From: Candidatus Firestoneibacteriota bacterium
GTDB lineage: Bacteria; Oederibacteriota; D2-FULL-39-29
Reading direction: 5' to 3'
Assembly: GCA_026388015.1 (NCBI GenBank)
Contig: JAPLKO010000059.1
Coordinates: 566 to 64,565, forward strand
DNA: 64,000 nt
The notes beneath the pieces are model-generated. The model did no database searches, had not been told where the DNA came from, and saw nothing but the letters and a program-made list of their open reading frames with translations. Each line of letters starts with the position of its first letter. Position 1 is the stretch's first letter. This document shows, piece by piece, positions 19,715 through 30,601 of this stretch. The position numbers and the translations under genes were made by a program.

Positions 19715-20519
19715 TATGTTGAAGGAAATACTGATAGCACTTGCTGTTTTGTTTTTTTCGTCAGCTGCATTCTCAGAACCAAAGTATTTGAAAATTCTTG
19801 TCGTAGGGGACACTTTCGCGGAAAATGCGACAAAATACCTGCAAGAAGTCGTTGAAGCTTCAGGCAACCAGCTAAATCTAAAAGTTGCAAGTGTCAGTAG
19901 TGCTTCCTTAGAAGATCATCTAAATTATACAAGAATTCATGAAAAAGATATTTTATCTACAAGGGGAAAACCTTATATTGTCAGCAAAGACAAAAGAAGA
20001 TACAGTCTGAAGGAATTGCTTTTAAGCAACAGCTGGGATATCGTGACCATACAACAGACGAGCAGCAAAAGTTATTTGAGCGAAACCTATAACCCATATG
20101 GCAAAAATCTACAGGAGTTTATTAAAAAATATTCACCCAAAGCAGAAATAAGAATTCTTCAGACCTGGTCCTATGCGGAAGGTGAAGCGCGTATACAAAA
20201 AAAACATGTAACATATGACCTTATGTATAAAGGGCTTAAAGAGGCAAATTCCGCGATAGCAAAAGAACTTAACATTAAGATAGTGCCTGTCGGAGATGCT
20301 ATTTGGCAGGCCTATAAGAGCACTGAACTTAAATCCAAAATGTATCAGAAAGACAAAAGCAATATAAACATAACCGGAGAGTATCTGGCCGCTTTAGTGT
20401 GTTTTGAAAATCTCTACGGTCAAAGCTGTGTAGGGAATAGTTTCCGGATAAAACAAGTAAACGAAGAGGAAATAAAATTACTCCAAGAGCTCGCGCATAA
20501 GGCTGTTATCGCAGAATAA
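19715..20519 (+). CDS. Secreted DUF4886-like (SGNH/GDSL-hydrolase-fold) protein
   Basis: Signal peptide, then KILVVGDTFAENATKYL (a GDS(F)-like block). An AAGGAGG RBS sits 7 nt upstream of the ATG at 19715. Confidence 0.45.
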
Positions 20520-20659
20520 AACATTATAATATTTTGATATATTTAAGGTTGACACCGGTGCTGTTTATTATAATTGTTTCAGTGGCAGTGTTTAATATTC
20601 AGTTGCTTTTTCCTGCCACCTTAATATATAATAAATACTTAATGTTTTAAGAAAATTGC

Positions 20660-20737
20660 GGCGGGTGTAGCTCAGTTGGTTAGAGCGTCAGATTGTGGAT
20701 CTGGATGCCGCGGGTTCAAATCCCGTCACTCGCCCCA
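20660..20737 (+). tRNA. tRNA-His (anticodon GUG) with the characteristic extra 5' G(-1)
   Basis: Cloverleaf folded by hand. Acceptor GCGGGTG/CACTCGC, D-arm TAGCTCAGTTGGTTAGAGC, anticodon stem TCAGA/TCTGG with loop TTGTGGA (GTG), T-arm GCGGGTTCAAATCCCGT, discriminator C and an encoded CCA. Confidence 0.85.
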
Positions 20738-20882
20738 GATTATTTGTTATGCGGATAAACAGTAGATCAGAAGAAAAATAAAATCGTAACAATAGAAAAC
20801 CGGTGTGTTATTATTACTATCCTGTACGAGCGAAATCCTAACGCATTTTAAATAAAAGAATCATATGTACGGAGTATCTTAT

Positions 20883-22409
20883 ATGAAATACTTAATAGGA
20901 ATTGATGTCGGGACAAGCGGAACGAAGGTAATTCTCATCGATGTTAACGGAAAACTAATAGCAAAAGATCTTCAGGAATACGCTCTTTATACTCCCAGGC
21001 CCGGTTGGGCGGAGCAACAACCTTCTGATTGGTGGAAGGCTGCGGTAAAAGGTATAAAAAATGTAATTAAGGATGTAAATGTTTCAGATGTTGCAGCGAT
21101 TGGCCTGTCCGGACAAATGCACGGGCTTGTCGCTTTGGATAAAAATAATAGGGTGCTTCGTCCTTCAATTCTGTGGTGTGATCAGCGTACTGTTGAACAA
21201 TGTGAATATATAACAAAAACAATAGGCGCAGAACGTTTGAAAAAGTTGGTGTATAATCCGGCTCTAACAGGTTTTACCGCAGGAAAAATACTTTGGATGA
21301 GAGATAATGAACCCGTGTTGTACAGAAAAATTGCCAAGGTCCTACTGCCTAAGGATTATATTCGTTTTAAACTTACCGGAAAGTTCGCAACAGAAGTATC
21401 TGACGCTTCGGGTATGCTTCTTTTGGATGTAAAAAATAGAAGATGGTCAAAGACTGTCTTAAAAGAGTTAAATATTCCGGAATCTATGCTTGCTGTTTGC
21501 TTTGAATCAGAAGAGATAAGCGGGCACGTTACCTCGGAAGCGGCAAAAGTAACAGGCCTCAAGGCCGGAACTCCTGTAGGCGGCGGCGGAGGAGATCAGG
21601 CGGCTTCTGCGATCGGATGCGGTGTAGTTGAAAACGGAATTATTTCTGTAACTATCGGTACTTCTGGTGTTGTTTTTGCTTTTTCTGATATAGTAAAGCT
21701 GGATAAGAAAGGCAGGATTCATACGTTTTGTCATGCGGTGAAAAACAAGTGGCATACTATGGGTGTAATGCTCTCAGCCGGCGGGGCGCTCAAATGGTTT
21801 AAAGATACACTTTGTAAAGAAGAGGTCGCGCTCGCAGTAAAAAAGAAAGTAGATCCGTATGATATTATATTGCAAGGTCTTGAAAAAATTCCCCCCGGTT
21901 CTGAAAATCTGATTTTTCTTCCTTATCTTTCCGGCGAGAGATCCCCGTATGCTGATCCGTATGCAAGAGGCGTTTTTATGGGGTTGGGACAGAATCATAC
22001 AAAAAAACATATGACCAGAGCTGTTCTGGAGGGCGTTGCCTTCGGTTTGCGAGATACAGTGGAGGTAATGCGGTCTTTGAAGATACCTGTGAAAGAAATA
22101 CGTGTGACCGGAGGCGGTGCCAGATCAAAGCTTTGGCTTCAGATTCTGGCTGACATCCTTGGGCAGGAAGTTGTTACGGTTAATATGACTGAAGGCGGAG
22201 CGTTTGGCGTTGCCCTCCTTGCCGGGGTAGGTGCGGGTGTTTATGAAGATATATCAAAAGTATGTAAGAAACTTATAAAGACAAAAAAAGGCGCCAAACC
22301 AAACAAGGTAAATGCCGGAATATACAACAAATATTACAAAGTATACAGAAAAACTTACTTTAATTTAAAAGATGAATTTAAGGAGCTTGCCGACCTGCCG
22401 CATAAATAA
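20883..22409 (+). CDS. xylB: FGGY-family carbohydrate kinase, most like xylulokinase
   Basis: MKYLIGIDVGTSGTKVILID is an FGGY N-terminal motif. Length is ~500 aa. A GGAG RBS lies upstream of the second ATG at 20883. Confidence 0.65.
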   Translation: MKYLIGIDVGTSGTKVILIDVNGKLIAKDLQEYALYTPRPGWAEQQPSDWWKAAVKGIKNVIKDVNVSDVAAIGLSGQMHGLVALDKNNRVLRPSILWCDQRTVEQCEYITKTIGAERLKKLVYNPALTGFTAGKILWMRDNEPVLYRKIAKVLLPKDYIRFKLTGKFATEVSDASGMLLLDVKNRRWSKTVLKELNIPESMLAVCFESEEISGHVTSEAAKVTGLKAGTPVGGGGGDQAASAIGCGVVENGIISVTIGTSGVVFAFSDIVKLDKKGRIHTFCHAVKNKWHTMGVMLSAGGALKWFKDTLCKEEVALAVKKKVDPYDIILQGLEKIPPGSENLIFLPYLSGERSPYADPYARGVFMGLGQNHTKKHMTRAVLEGVAFGLRDTVEVMRSLKIPVKEIRVTGGGARSKLWLQILADILGQEVVTVNMTEGGAFGVALLAGVGAGVYEDISKVCKKLIKTKKGAKPNKVNAGIYNKYYKVYRKTYFNLKDEFKELADLPHK

Positions 22410-22563
22410 AAATATTCATAAAGGCAAAAATAACAGCTGCTATATTTGATATCATTTTCGCGGAATCTTTAACAGAAAAATTTATATTATTTAAAAAAAC
22501 ACAGTTCGGACCGCAAATGCAGTCGATAATGAGTATCAGGAAGGCGATTGGGAGTATTTTTCC

Positions 22564-23100
22564 ATGCTTCTCGGTAGAGCGAATGTGGCAATAGGAAAAT
22601 TGTATTTGCAGTCACTTTCCGTAATTGACAATCTTACAAAGGCGTATATTTGGAGATGTTTTCTTTTACGTCTAGAGGAAGAGATGCGGAGAGCAGAAAG
22701 TTACGGGCGGAACGTCAGTGCTAATAATTACTATAGACAAGTTTAATAGAATTAAAGATAACTATGGGCCGCAGACAGGCGGCAAGATACTGAAAGAATT
22801 CGCGAGTTTTATTAAAGCGCTAACCCGGAATACCGATATTATTGCTAGGTATTGAGGCAAAGAGTTTGGTATAATAGCAACGGAGACTGTGAGAGAAGGT
22901 GCCTCTGTTTATGCCGAAAGGATCAGAGCTATTGTAGAGAGGCATGAGTTTGATAAAAGAGGTAAAAAGATAAAAATTACCGTAAGCATAGGTGTCTCAA
23001 GTTGTACGGTTGATGCAATGACAATATTTGATATTTTAGAAAAAGCAGATGAGGTGCTTTTTTGGCGCCAAAGAAGGCGGCAAAAATAGAGTCTGTTTGC
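22564..23100 (+). pseudogene. Decayed GGDEF (diguanylate cyclase) domain remnant
   Basis: GGDEF-domain similarity runs across three frames: …DNLTKAYIWRCFLLRLEEEMRRAESYGRNVS…, then IDKFNRIKDNYGPQTGGKILKEF…IIARY*GKEF…ITVSIGVS…ADEVLF and a frameshifted …AKEGGKNRVCL. The GGDEF motif itself reads Y-TGA-GKEF. The remnant has no N-terminal sensor domain and no start codon. Confidence 0.7.
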
Positions 23101-23197
23101 CTGCAACTGAAGTTAATAAAAATCTTAACGAAGAGCTTTTCATTGTCGGCGCTAATGCCGTCGATTTTCTCTTGCAGAGTAAAAGAGGGTAGATATT

Positions 23198-23281
23198 GCG
23201 GAAGTGGTGGAATTGGCAGACACGCTAGATTCAGGTTCTAGTTCCTTCACGGGATTGGGGGTTCAAGTCCCCCCTTCCGCA
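23198..23281 (+). tRNA. tRNA-Leu (anticodon CAG), class II with a long variable arm
   Basis: Acceptor GCGGAAG/CTTCCGC, anticodon stem CTAGA/TCTAG with loop TTCAGGT (CAG), a long variable arm, T-arm GGGGGTTCAAGTCCCCC and discriminator A. Confidence 0.8.
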
Positions 23282-23306
23282 CTAGAAAAAATTGTTAGGA
23301 GAAAAA

Positions 23307-25460
23307 ATGAATATTGATAAAGAGGCTTTCCTTAAATACCTCACAAGCGAAAGAAAAGGACCCGCCCCGTTTCGCGAAATAATGCAGAGGTTTCAAATCT
23401 CAAAAAAAGAAAAAAGACGACTGAACCTTTTTCTTTCGGAATTAATCTTAACAGGAAAAATAGTGCGGGTTGCTGATGATAAATACGGTCTGGCAGAGGC
23501 GATGGATCTCAAGGTCGGCGTGCTTTCCGGCCACAGGAACGGGTTTGGTTTTGTTATTATTGAAGACAGCGAGCAGGATATATTTATCCCTCCGCCTATG
23601 ATGAACGGTGCAATGCACGGAGATAAGGTAGTAACCAGGATTACCGGCAGTAAAGACGGAAAGAAGAAAGAAGGCGAAATAATACGTGTCCTGGAAAGGG
23701 TGAACAAAGAGATAGTAGGAGTTTACGAAAAAAGCAAGCATTTTGGTTTTGTGGTGCCGGATGATAAAAAGATATGGCATAATATATATGTTCATAAAAA
23801 CGAGTCTAAAGGAGCGCTTGAGGGGCAGAAGGTAGTTGTAAAAGTTACCGAATGGCCGGATAAAGGTAGAAATCCGGAAGGGGAAATTACCGAGATTCTC
23901 GGGGACAAGTTAGATCCCGAAGTAGATTTTAAAGCAATAATTAGACAGCATAATATTAGAACGGAATTTACTTCGGAGGTCATAGCCGGGGCTAAAGCAG
24001 TTGCTCTTTCAATTCCGAAAGAAGAAATCTTAAATAGAAGAGATTTAAGAAAAGACGTTGTCTTTACGATAGACGGGGAAGATGCCAAGGATTTTGATGA
24101 CGCCGTTTCATTAACGGAGAAAAACGGTGAGTATCAGCTCGGGGTGCATATAGCCGATGTCAGTTACTATGTTAAACCCGGTACGGCACTTGATGAAGAA
24201 GGGGCGGAGAGGGGTAATAGTATTTATTTTCCCAATCACGTAATTCCCATGCTTCCGGAGGCTTTATCCAACGAAATGTGCTCTTTAAAACCTGATGTGG
24301 ACCGACTTGCTATGTCTGCCATAATGAATCTGGATGCCAACGGCGAAATAAAAGGGTACGAACTGGTTAAAAGTGTTATTAATTCAAAAAGAAGGATGAC
24401 CTATAACAAAGTATCAAAGATAGTAGAGGATAAGGATAATGCGCTGAGAGCGGAATATGCGGATATTGCCCCTACTCTTGATACCATGTTGAAGCTTGCA
24501 AAAATTCTTAACAAAAAGAGATTTAATGACGGTTCGATAGATTTTGATTTGCCGGAAACCAGAATAATCCTGGATAAACATGATGTTCCTCTCCGCGTCG
24601 AAAAAGTGGTGCGTAACTGGGCGCACCGGCTTATCGAAGAGTTTATGCTCCTTACCAATGAAGTGGTGGCAACGCATATATTTCGTCAGGGGCTTTCTTC
24701 CATCTATCGCGTTCACGATGTGCCGGATTACGACGATCTAATCGAGTTTGAACGCTTTGTTAACTCACTGAATTACCCGCTGAAATTAAAGGAAGAGGTT
24801 GATCCGAAGCTCATTCAGGCGCTGTTAAAGAAAGTAAAAGGTTCTCCGGAAGAAGATCTTATTAATAAACTGGCGCTCCGCTCCATGAAACTGGCAATAT
24901 ATTCTACGGAGGCAAGAGGACACTTTGCTCTCGCAAAGAAATATTACAGCCATTTTACCTCGCCAATCAGACGTTATCCTGATTTAGCTGTGCACCGGGT
25001 TTTAAAAGTGCTTCTTGAAAAGGATAACAGAAATAAATATCCGCAAAGCGACCTGATGCGCATAGCAAAACACTGCTCGGATACGGAGAGAGTGGCTGAA
25101 GATGTAGAAGAAGAAATAGTTAAGCTTAAAAAAATACAATTGATACGAAACCATGTCGGCAGAGTTCTTGACGGAATAATAACCGGCGTTCAGGGTTACG
25201 GTATTTTTGTAGAACTTTCGGAGCTATTTGTTGAGGGGTTAGTGCATATCTCGAGCATGGCCGATGATTACTACACTTTTGACGAAAAACAATATGCTAT
25301 ATTCGGGCGTAACAACAAAAAGAGATTCCGGCTGGGTGATTCAGTAAAAGTAAAAATAGCTAAAGTGGATGTAGATAAAAGGCAGGTTGATTTTGTTTTG
25401 GCGGATAATGAAGCTATGAAGAGACCGATAAAACAAAAAACCGCAAGAAGACGCAGATAG
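23307..25460 (+). CDS. rnr: Ribonuclease R (RNase II/R family 3'-5' exoribonuclease)
   Basis: Cold-shock-like N-terminus, an RNB catalytic domain (…HFALAKKYYSHFTSPIRRYPDLAVHR…), a C-terminal S1 domain and a basic tail. An AGGAG RBS lies upstream of the ATG at 23307. Confidence 0.85.
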   Translation: MNIDKEAFLKYLTSERKGPAPFREIMQRFQISKKEKRRLNLFLSELILTGKIVRVADDKYGLAEAMDLKVGVLSGHRNGFGFVIIEDSEQDIFIPPPMMNGAMHGDKVVTRITGSKDGKKKEGEIIRVLERVNKEIVGVYEKSKHFGFVVPDDKKIWHNIYVHKNESKGALEGQKVVVKVTEWPDKGRNPEGEITEILGDKLDPEVDFKAIIRQHNIRTEFTSEVIAGAKAVALSIPKEEILNRRDLRKDVVFTIDGEDAKDFDDAVSLTEKNGEYQLGVHIADVSYYVKPGTALDEEGAERGNSIYFPNHVIPMLPEALSNEMCSLKPDVDRLAMSAIMNLDANGEIKGYELVKSVINSKRRMTYNKVSKIVEDKDNALRAEYADIAPTLDTMLKLAKILNKKRFNDGSIDFDLPETRIILDKHDVPLRVEKVVRNWAHRLIEEFMLLTNEVVATHIFRQGLSSIYRVHDVPDYDDLIEFERFVNSLNYPLKLKEEVDPKLIQALLKKVKGSPEEDLINKLALRSMKLAIYSTEARGHFALAKKYYSHFTSPIRRYPDLAVHRVLKVLLEKDNRNKYPQSDLMRIAKHCSDTERVAEDVEEEIVKLKKIQLIRNHVGRVLDGIITGVQGYGIFVELSELFVEGLVHISSMADDYYTFDEKQYAIFGRNNKKRFRLGDSVKVKIAKVDVDKRQVDFVLADNEAMKRPIKQKTARRRR

Positions 25461-25464
25461 ATAT

Positions 25465-25501
25465 TGGCGGCACGGGTATTTATGCGTAACGCCACATTTT
25501 T
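25465..25501 (+). terminator. Probable rho-independent terminator after rnr
   Basis: Imperfect hairpin TGGCGGCACG…CGTAACGCCA followed by CATTTTT. Confidence 0.4.
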
Positions 25502-25528
25502 GCTGAGTTAAACCTAAAGCAAGTCATC

Positions 25529-27280
25529 ATGTCTCCAGCCTGTAAATTTAATATTGAATTAATAATCAGCAGAGTGCGCGTCGTTAAAGAGGAAAAGTTG
25601 AAGAAAAAAAATCTTTCTATCTTGATTATCCTGGCGGAAATAATATTTATCTCCTATTACACGGTAATTTCAATAAGGTCGCAGGAGAGGACGCATTTAG
25701 CGGCTAAACAACATGAAGAGGCGGCTGCTATTAGGAATCCCGGCAAAGGTTCAATTTTTGGTAAGATACTGCTGGTCGAATCATATTTTCACGAAGGTTC
25801 TACGGTTGTTCTCCGCAGTGACAGGATGGAGCTCACAGCCAGGACAAATGAAAAAGGTGAGTATCGTTTTATGATGGTGCCTGCTGGCATATATAGACTG
25901 CTGGCAAAAGCTGATAAATACAGTTCTTCTACGAAAGAAGGCATTGCGGTTGGGAAAAACTCCAGTGTTAAGCTCGGAAATATTGTACTAAAGCCGGCCT
26001 ATGATTCCGTTTACCCCGAGATAGTGAGGAGTAAGCCAAAAAGAGGCGCCAAGGATGTTCAAATCCCAAATACATTAGGGATGGGCGGACTTGATGCCGG
26101 CACTACAATGCTCTACCTTTCCTTTGATTTTACAAAACCCATGAACAAGAGCAGCGTGGAAAAAGCAGTAATATTTACTCCGTTTACATGGCGTACATTT
26201 AGTTGGGTCGGGGACCGCAGGCTGCTAATTAAGTGTGATTCACTTGCAAAAGAAAATCCGCTTAAACCTGGTACTGAGTATAAAATTGAATTTAGTGAAG
26301 GCGCAGCGGCTATAGACGGTGAGAAACTTGTTAAGACGGAACCTTTTGTATTCACTACCGGAGGTCTGAAAGCTGTTGCTTCAACTCCTGCGGCTAATTC
26401 GAAATCGCATTCTCCCGTAAACACAAATCTTGAATTCTTTTTTAATTTTCCTCTTGAAAAAAGTAGTGTTAACGGAATAAACATTTCTATATTTCCCGCG
26501 ATACAGGGTAAAATATCCTTAAAAGAGGATAAAGGAAATATAATAATATTTACGGCCGACAGCATTTTGCCTGCAGCCGCGGCGTGCGCTGTTACCTTTA
26601 AGAAAGAGCTTAGAACAAGGTCGGGAGAAAAGCTCGGAACGGATATGCGTATTAATTTTACTACGGAACCGTTGAAAGTATATAACTCTTGGCCCAAGGA
26701 AGGGGATAACAACATTAAAACCTCCGGTTTTCCGTATATATTTTTTAACAGTAAGGTAAGTAAAGAATCCGCAGCTAAAGCAATTTCTCTGGAGCCCGAG
26801 GTGGCAACGGAATTTGTCTGGAAAAAAGATGCTGCCAACATGGAGTACTGCATACTAAAACATAAACAGTATTATAATGCAAACACGGAGTATACCGTAA
26901 GGATAGCCGACAGTTTAACGGACCTGTACGGAAAAAAACTTTCTAAGGCGTATAAATTCAATTTTAAAACTGAACCCTGCAAGGTCTTCCGTATGGATCC
27001 TGCTGAAGAAGGCAGGAAGTTGCAGGCGAACGAAGGGATTAAAATATATTTTAATGCGCTGATGAATCAAAAAGTGACAGAGAATTATATTACACTTGAG
27101 CCAAGGGAAGACACCAACTTTATTTGGAGTACTTTAGACAATTATGATATCGTCAGCATAGAAGCAAAAAACGGATGGAAGCCCCATTCCAGTTATACTG
27201 TTAAGATTTCAAAAGCTGCAAAAGGAAAGAACGGCAAAAGCCTTAGCAGGGATTTTAAAAGTGTTTTTTCGGTAAATTAA
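25529..27280 (+). CDS. Membrane-anchored hypothetical protein with a carboxypeptidase-regulatory-like domain and bacterial Ig-like repeats
   Basis: N-terminal TM segment (LSILIILAEIIFISYY), a CarboxypepD_reg-like beta-sandwich (GKILLVESYFHEGSTVVL…TNEKGEYRF), then repeated beta-rich ~90-aa modules. The true start may lie downstream of 25529. Confidence 0.45.
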   Translation: MSPACKFNIELIISRVRVVKEEKLKKKNLSILIILAEIIFISYYTVISIRSQERTHLAAKQHEEAAAIRNPGKGSIFGKILLVESYFHEGSTVVLRSDRMELTARTNEKGEYRFMMVPAGIYRLLAKADKYSSSTKEGIAVGKNSSVKLGNIVLKPAYDSVYPEIVRSKPKRGAKDVQIPNTLGMGGLDAGTTMLYLSFDFTKPMNKSSVEKAVIFTPFTWRTFSWVGDRRLLIKCDSLAKENPLKPGTEYKIEFSEGAAAIDGEKLVKTEPFVFTTGGLKAVASTPAANSKSHSPVNTNLEFFFNFPLEKSSVNGINISIFPAIQGKISLKEDKGNIIIFTADSILPAAAACAVTFKKELRTRSGEKLGTDMRINFTTEPLKVYNSWPKEGDNNIKTSGFPYIFFNSKVSKESAAKAISLEPEVATEFVWKKDAANMEYCILKHKQYYNANTEYTVRIADSLTDLYGKKLSKAYKFNFKTEPCKVFRMDPAEEGRKLQANEGIKIYFNALMNQKVTENYITLEPREDTNFIWSTLDNYDIVSIEAKNGWKPHSSYTVKISKAAKGKNGKSLSRDFKSVFSVN

Positions 27281-27492
27281 CCGGACTTGCTGTTAGAAAA
27301 AACAGGGATAGTTTTGCGGTGAATATGCCTGCGGTTTTAAGGTCTGGTCTTGAGATTGCACTTGAGATTGAACTTGAAATATTGCGTTGCAGGTGCTAAA
27401 ATATTTTTACTGATTTGCAATTAAGAGGCGGAATGTTTCTTGATTTTAATATTTTACTTCAATAAAATGTGAAAATTCCAATCGGAGACAAA

Positions 27493-28347
27493 ATGTATTT
27501 TCAAGAGATTATCTTCAAATTAAATAAGTTTTGGTCTGATTACGGCTGTTGTATTGTCCAGCCTTATGATATGGAAAAAGGCGCCGGTACCTCAAATCCG
27601 GCTACTTTTTTTAATGTTCTCGGAGAAAAACCGGTAAAGGTTGCTTATGTTGAACCTTCCCGCAGGCCTACAGATGGCCGTTATGGGGAAAATCCTAATA
27701 GACTCCAATGCTTTCAGCAGTATCAGGTTATAATTAAACCTTCACCTAGGGATATACAGGATATATATCTTTTAAGTCTTAAGGAACTGGGTATTGGAAA
27801 AGATGAACATGATATACGTTTTTTGGAAGATGACTGGGAGTCTCCGACCTTGGGGGCCTGGGGTCTGGGCTGGGAAGTGCGTTTGGATGGGTTAGAGATA
27901 ACTCAGTTTACCTATTTTCAACAGATGGGCAGTATTGACCTAAAGCCTGTCTCCTGTGAGATAACTTACGGTCTGGAACGAATTGCGATGTTCATTCAGA
28001 AGAAAAAATCTATATTTGATATTGAGTGGAATAAAGGTGTTACCTATGGAGATGTGGCTCTCCGGGGAGAGGTGGAGTTTTCTAATTATAATTTTAAACT
28101 TGCAGATTCGGGGATGCTGGCGCAACTATTTGATATGTATGAAAAAGAGGCTAAGGCTCTATTAAAGTTGGGATATGCTCTACCAGCTTATGACTATGTT
28201 CTAAAATGTTCCCATACCTTTAATTTGCTGGATGCTCGCGGGGCTATCAGCGTTACCGAAAGAGTACACTATATAGGTCGCGTAAGAAATATTGCAAGGA
28301 AATGCGCTTTAGGCTATTTAAAGAAAACCGGAGAAGTGGATGAGTAA
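27493..28347 (+). CDS. glyQ: Glycine--tRNA ligase alpha subunit
   Basis: [39 protein letters not shown] is the GlyQ signature. A GGAG RBS lies upstream of the ATG at 27493. Confidence 0.9.
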   Translation: MYFQEIIFKLNKFWSDYGCCIVQPYDMEKGAGTSNPATFFNVLGEKPVKVAYVEPSRRPTDGRYGENPNRLQCFQQYQVIIKPSPRDIQDIYLLSLKELGIGKDEHDIRFLEDDWESPTLGAWGLGWEVRLDGLEITQFTYFQQMGSIDLKPVSCEITYGLERIAMFIQKKKSIFDIEWNKGVTYGDVALRGEVEFSNYNFKLADSGMLAQLFDMYEKEAKALLKLGYALPAYDYVLKCSHTFNLLDARGAISVTERVHYIGRVRNIARKCALGYLKKTGEVDE

Positions 28348-30424
28348 GGACTTAATAATTGAAATAGGAGCCGAAGAGATACCTGCAAGTTATATTTCCT
28401 CTGCAATGAAACAGCTGTCTGATAATCTTGTCAAACTGTTTGCGGAAAATAAAATAAATATTGAAGGCGGCATGGCCGGATATTCAACGCCCCGACGCTT
28501 TGCTTTAATTGTAAATGGAGTCTCTGAACTGCAGAAAGATATTGCGCTTGAATTAATGGGCCCTCCGAAGAAGGCTGCTTATGATGTCGAAGGTAAGCCC
28601 ACCCAAGCCGGAGTTGGTTTTGCAAAAACACAGGGTATGGATATAAAAGATTTAATTATAAAGAGTACACCTAAAGGTGATTATCTCTGCGCTCAAAAGC
28701 TAATAAAAGGGAAACCGGTTAAAGAGGTTCTTCCTGAACTTATGAAGAAGATAGTTTTGTCTCTTAACTGGCCTAAGTCTATGCGTTGGCATGATGAAGT
28801 TCGTTTTCCCCGGCCTATCCGTTCCTTGCTCTGCCTTTTTGGCGGGGAAATCATAGGGTTCACCGTCTCTGATGTTACCTCTTCAAATAAAACTTACGGT
28901 CATCGGGTTTTAAGCCCTGAAGGTGCAGAGGTTTCAGACTCTTCAGTGTACCTTTCCATATTAAGAGAGAAATCCGTTATCGCAGATTTTGAAGAACGAA
29001 AAAATGAGCTAATAAAGCAAGTCAAAGAACTGGCTCTTAAAGCGGGTGGAGTTGCCAATATTTCTCCGGTTATTCTCGAAGAAAATGTTAATACCGTGGA
29101 ATATCCTACGGCCATGCTCGGTAAGTTTGATGAAAAATACCTCGCTCTGCCGAAAGAACTGTTGCTTCAGGTAATAGAAAAGACGCAGAAGTACTTCTCT
29201 GTCTGGGATGAAAAGAAAGAGAAAATACTGCCCTATTTTATTGCAATAAAAAATGGTAAAGATAGCGCTATTCCTGTAATTATAGAAGGTAATGCAAGAG
29301 TGTTAAAAGCCCGCTTTGAAGATGCTGAATTCTTCTTTAAAGAGGATAAGAAAACAACTCTTAAAAGTAAACTGCCAAAATTAAAAGCAGTTTCTTTTCA
29401 GGATAAACTCGGAACAATGTTTGATAAAACCGAGCGCCTGATAAGGCTGGCTAACGAAGCCAAGCAGATGCTAAAGCTGTCAGAGTACGACGATATCAAA
29501 AACGCCTGCGAGCTTTGCAAAATAGATTTGAATACCGGGATGGTCAGGGAATTTACGGAGTTGCAAGGCATTATCGGACGTGAGTATGCTCTGGCTGATG
29601 GTGTTAAAAAAGAAGTAGCTATGGCGATATCCGAACACTACTTGCCGAGGTTTCTCGGGGATGAACTTCCAAAGACCGAAACGGGGATGGCTTTGGCCAT
29701 CCTGGATAAGATAGACACAATAGTTGGATGTTTTTCCATAGGCCTGATTCCTACAGGATCTCAGGATCCGTATGGGTTAAGGAGAAATGCGCTCGGGGTA
29801 ATAAGCATCATCTTGAATAATAAAATAGAAGCTCACCTTGGAGAACTTATAGATGCTTCAATTGATACTTACTCGGACAAAGTAAAGACAGACAAGCAGA
29901 AAGTCTTAAGGGATATTCTTGAATTTATAAAAGGCAGAATGGAAAACCTTCTTCTTGATAAAGGAATACGGTATGATGTTGTTAATGCTGTTTTAGCGTC
30001 TGAATTTGCTAATATTACGCTGACTTTTAAGAAAGCGGAAGAGTTGAATCTCCTATCTAAAGAGCCGGATTTTAATAAAACAATCATAACGTTCTCAAGA
30101 GTTATAAATATAATCTCAAAGAATAGTAATGGTACTTCTTTTTTGGCGGGAGCCGATGAAAAGCTGCTTAGAGAGACTGAAGAAAAAAACCTGTACGGCG
30201 CCATAGAGGCAAGAAAACCGAATTTTCTTAAGATGATAGAAAATGCTGATTACACTTCTGCTTTTAAGGTTCTGAAAGAGCTAATGCCCTTCATAGACGA
30301 CTTTTTTGAAAAGACAATGGTAATGGACAAAGATAAAACGGTGAAAGATAACCGTATAGCCCTCTTGACCCACCTAAACTTCATGTTTAAGAAAATAGCC
30401 GATTTCAGTAAAATAGTTCAGTAA
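28340..30424 (+). CDS. glyS: Glycine--tRNA ligase beta subunit
   Basis: 694 aa. The start overlaps the glyQ stop by 8 nt, and the domain order fits GlyS. Confidence 0.85.
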   Translation: MSKDLIIEIGAEEIPASYISSAMKQLSDNLVKLFAENKINIEGGMAGYSTPRRFALIVNGVSELQKDIALELMGPPKKAAYDVEGKPTQAGVGFAKTQGMDIKDLIIKSTPKGDYLCAQKLIKGKPVKEVLPELMKKIVLSLNWPKSMRWHDEVRFPRPIRSLLCLFGGEIIGFTVSDVTSSNKTYGHRVLSPEGAEVSDSSVYLSILREKSVIADFEERKNELIKQVKELALKAGGVANISPVILEENVNTVEYPTAMLGKFDEKYLALPKELLLQVIEKTQKYFSVWDEKKEKILPYFIAIKNGKDSAIPVIIEGNARVLKARFEDAEFFFKEDKKTTLKSKLPKLKAVSFQDKLGTMFDKTERLIRLANEAKQMLKLSEYDDIKNACELCKIDLNTGMVREFTELQGIIGREYALADGVKKEVAMAISEHYLPRFLGDELPKTETGMALAILDKIDTIVGCFSIGLIPTGSQDPYGLRRNALGVISIILNNKIEAHLGELIDASIDTYSDKVKTDKQKVLRDILEFIKGRMENLLLDKGIRYDVVNAVLASEFANITLTFKKAEELNLLSKEPDFNKTIITFSRVINIISKNSNGTSFLAGADEKLLRETEEKNLYGAIEARKPNFLKMIENADYTSAFKVLKELMPFIDDFFEKTMVMDKDKTVKDNRIALLTHLNFMFKKIADFSKIVQ

Positions 30425-30526
30425 AAACAGGCGTCACGATCAAAATATTTAGTCAAAAATGTATTATTGATATGAGTATGATGCTTTTGGCAAGGTGAAG
30501 CGTCTATATTTTAATTTTATCGAAAT

Positions 30527-30560
30527 AAAAAGGGCGGGAAACTATCCCGCCCTTAATTTT
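30527..30560. terminator. Bidirectional rho-independent terminator between convergent glyS and fba
   Basis: Perfect 10-bp stem AAGGGCGGGA / TCCCGCCCTT with a 5-nt loop, flanked by an A-run on one side and a T-run on the other. Confidence 0.8.
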
Positions 30561-30601
30561 AAAATGCAAATTCTTTTCAAAACAGAAAAAACGCGAAACG
30601 T

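Noticed and set aside
22564-23100. In-frame TGA inside the GGDEF motif, which could be read as UGA=Gly recoding (code 25, SR1/Gracilibacteria)
   Set aside because: exbB and many other genes terminate at TGA at exactly the expected protein length. The GGDEF region also has two frameshifts and no N-terminus. A pseudogene is the simpler explanation.
20520-23300. Possible integrated mobile element between tRNA-His and tRNA-Leu
   Set aside because: I found no integrase, recombinase, transposase or phage genes, and no direct repeats of the tRNA 3' ends. Only a decayed islet is supported.
26113-26853. 246-aa ORF on the - strand
   Set aside because: It lies entirely antisense within the Ig-like protein gene and is low-complexity Ser/Leu-rich with no RBS. 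It is a typical shadow ORF. The same applies to 10417-10944(-), 2721-3239(-), 37269-37859(-), 17377-17763(-) and 59318-59971(-).
27281-27492. T-box riboswitch upstream of glyQS
   Set aside because: I could not find a T-box consensus (AATTAGAGTGG…GGTGGTACCGCG), specifier-loop architecture or terminator/antiterminator pair.
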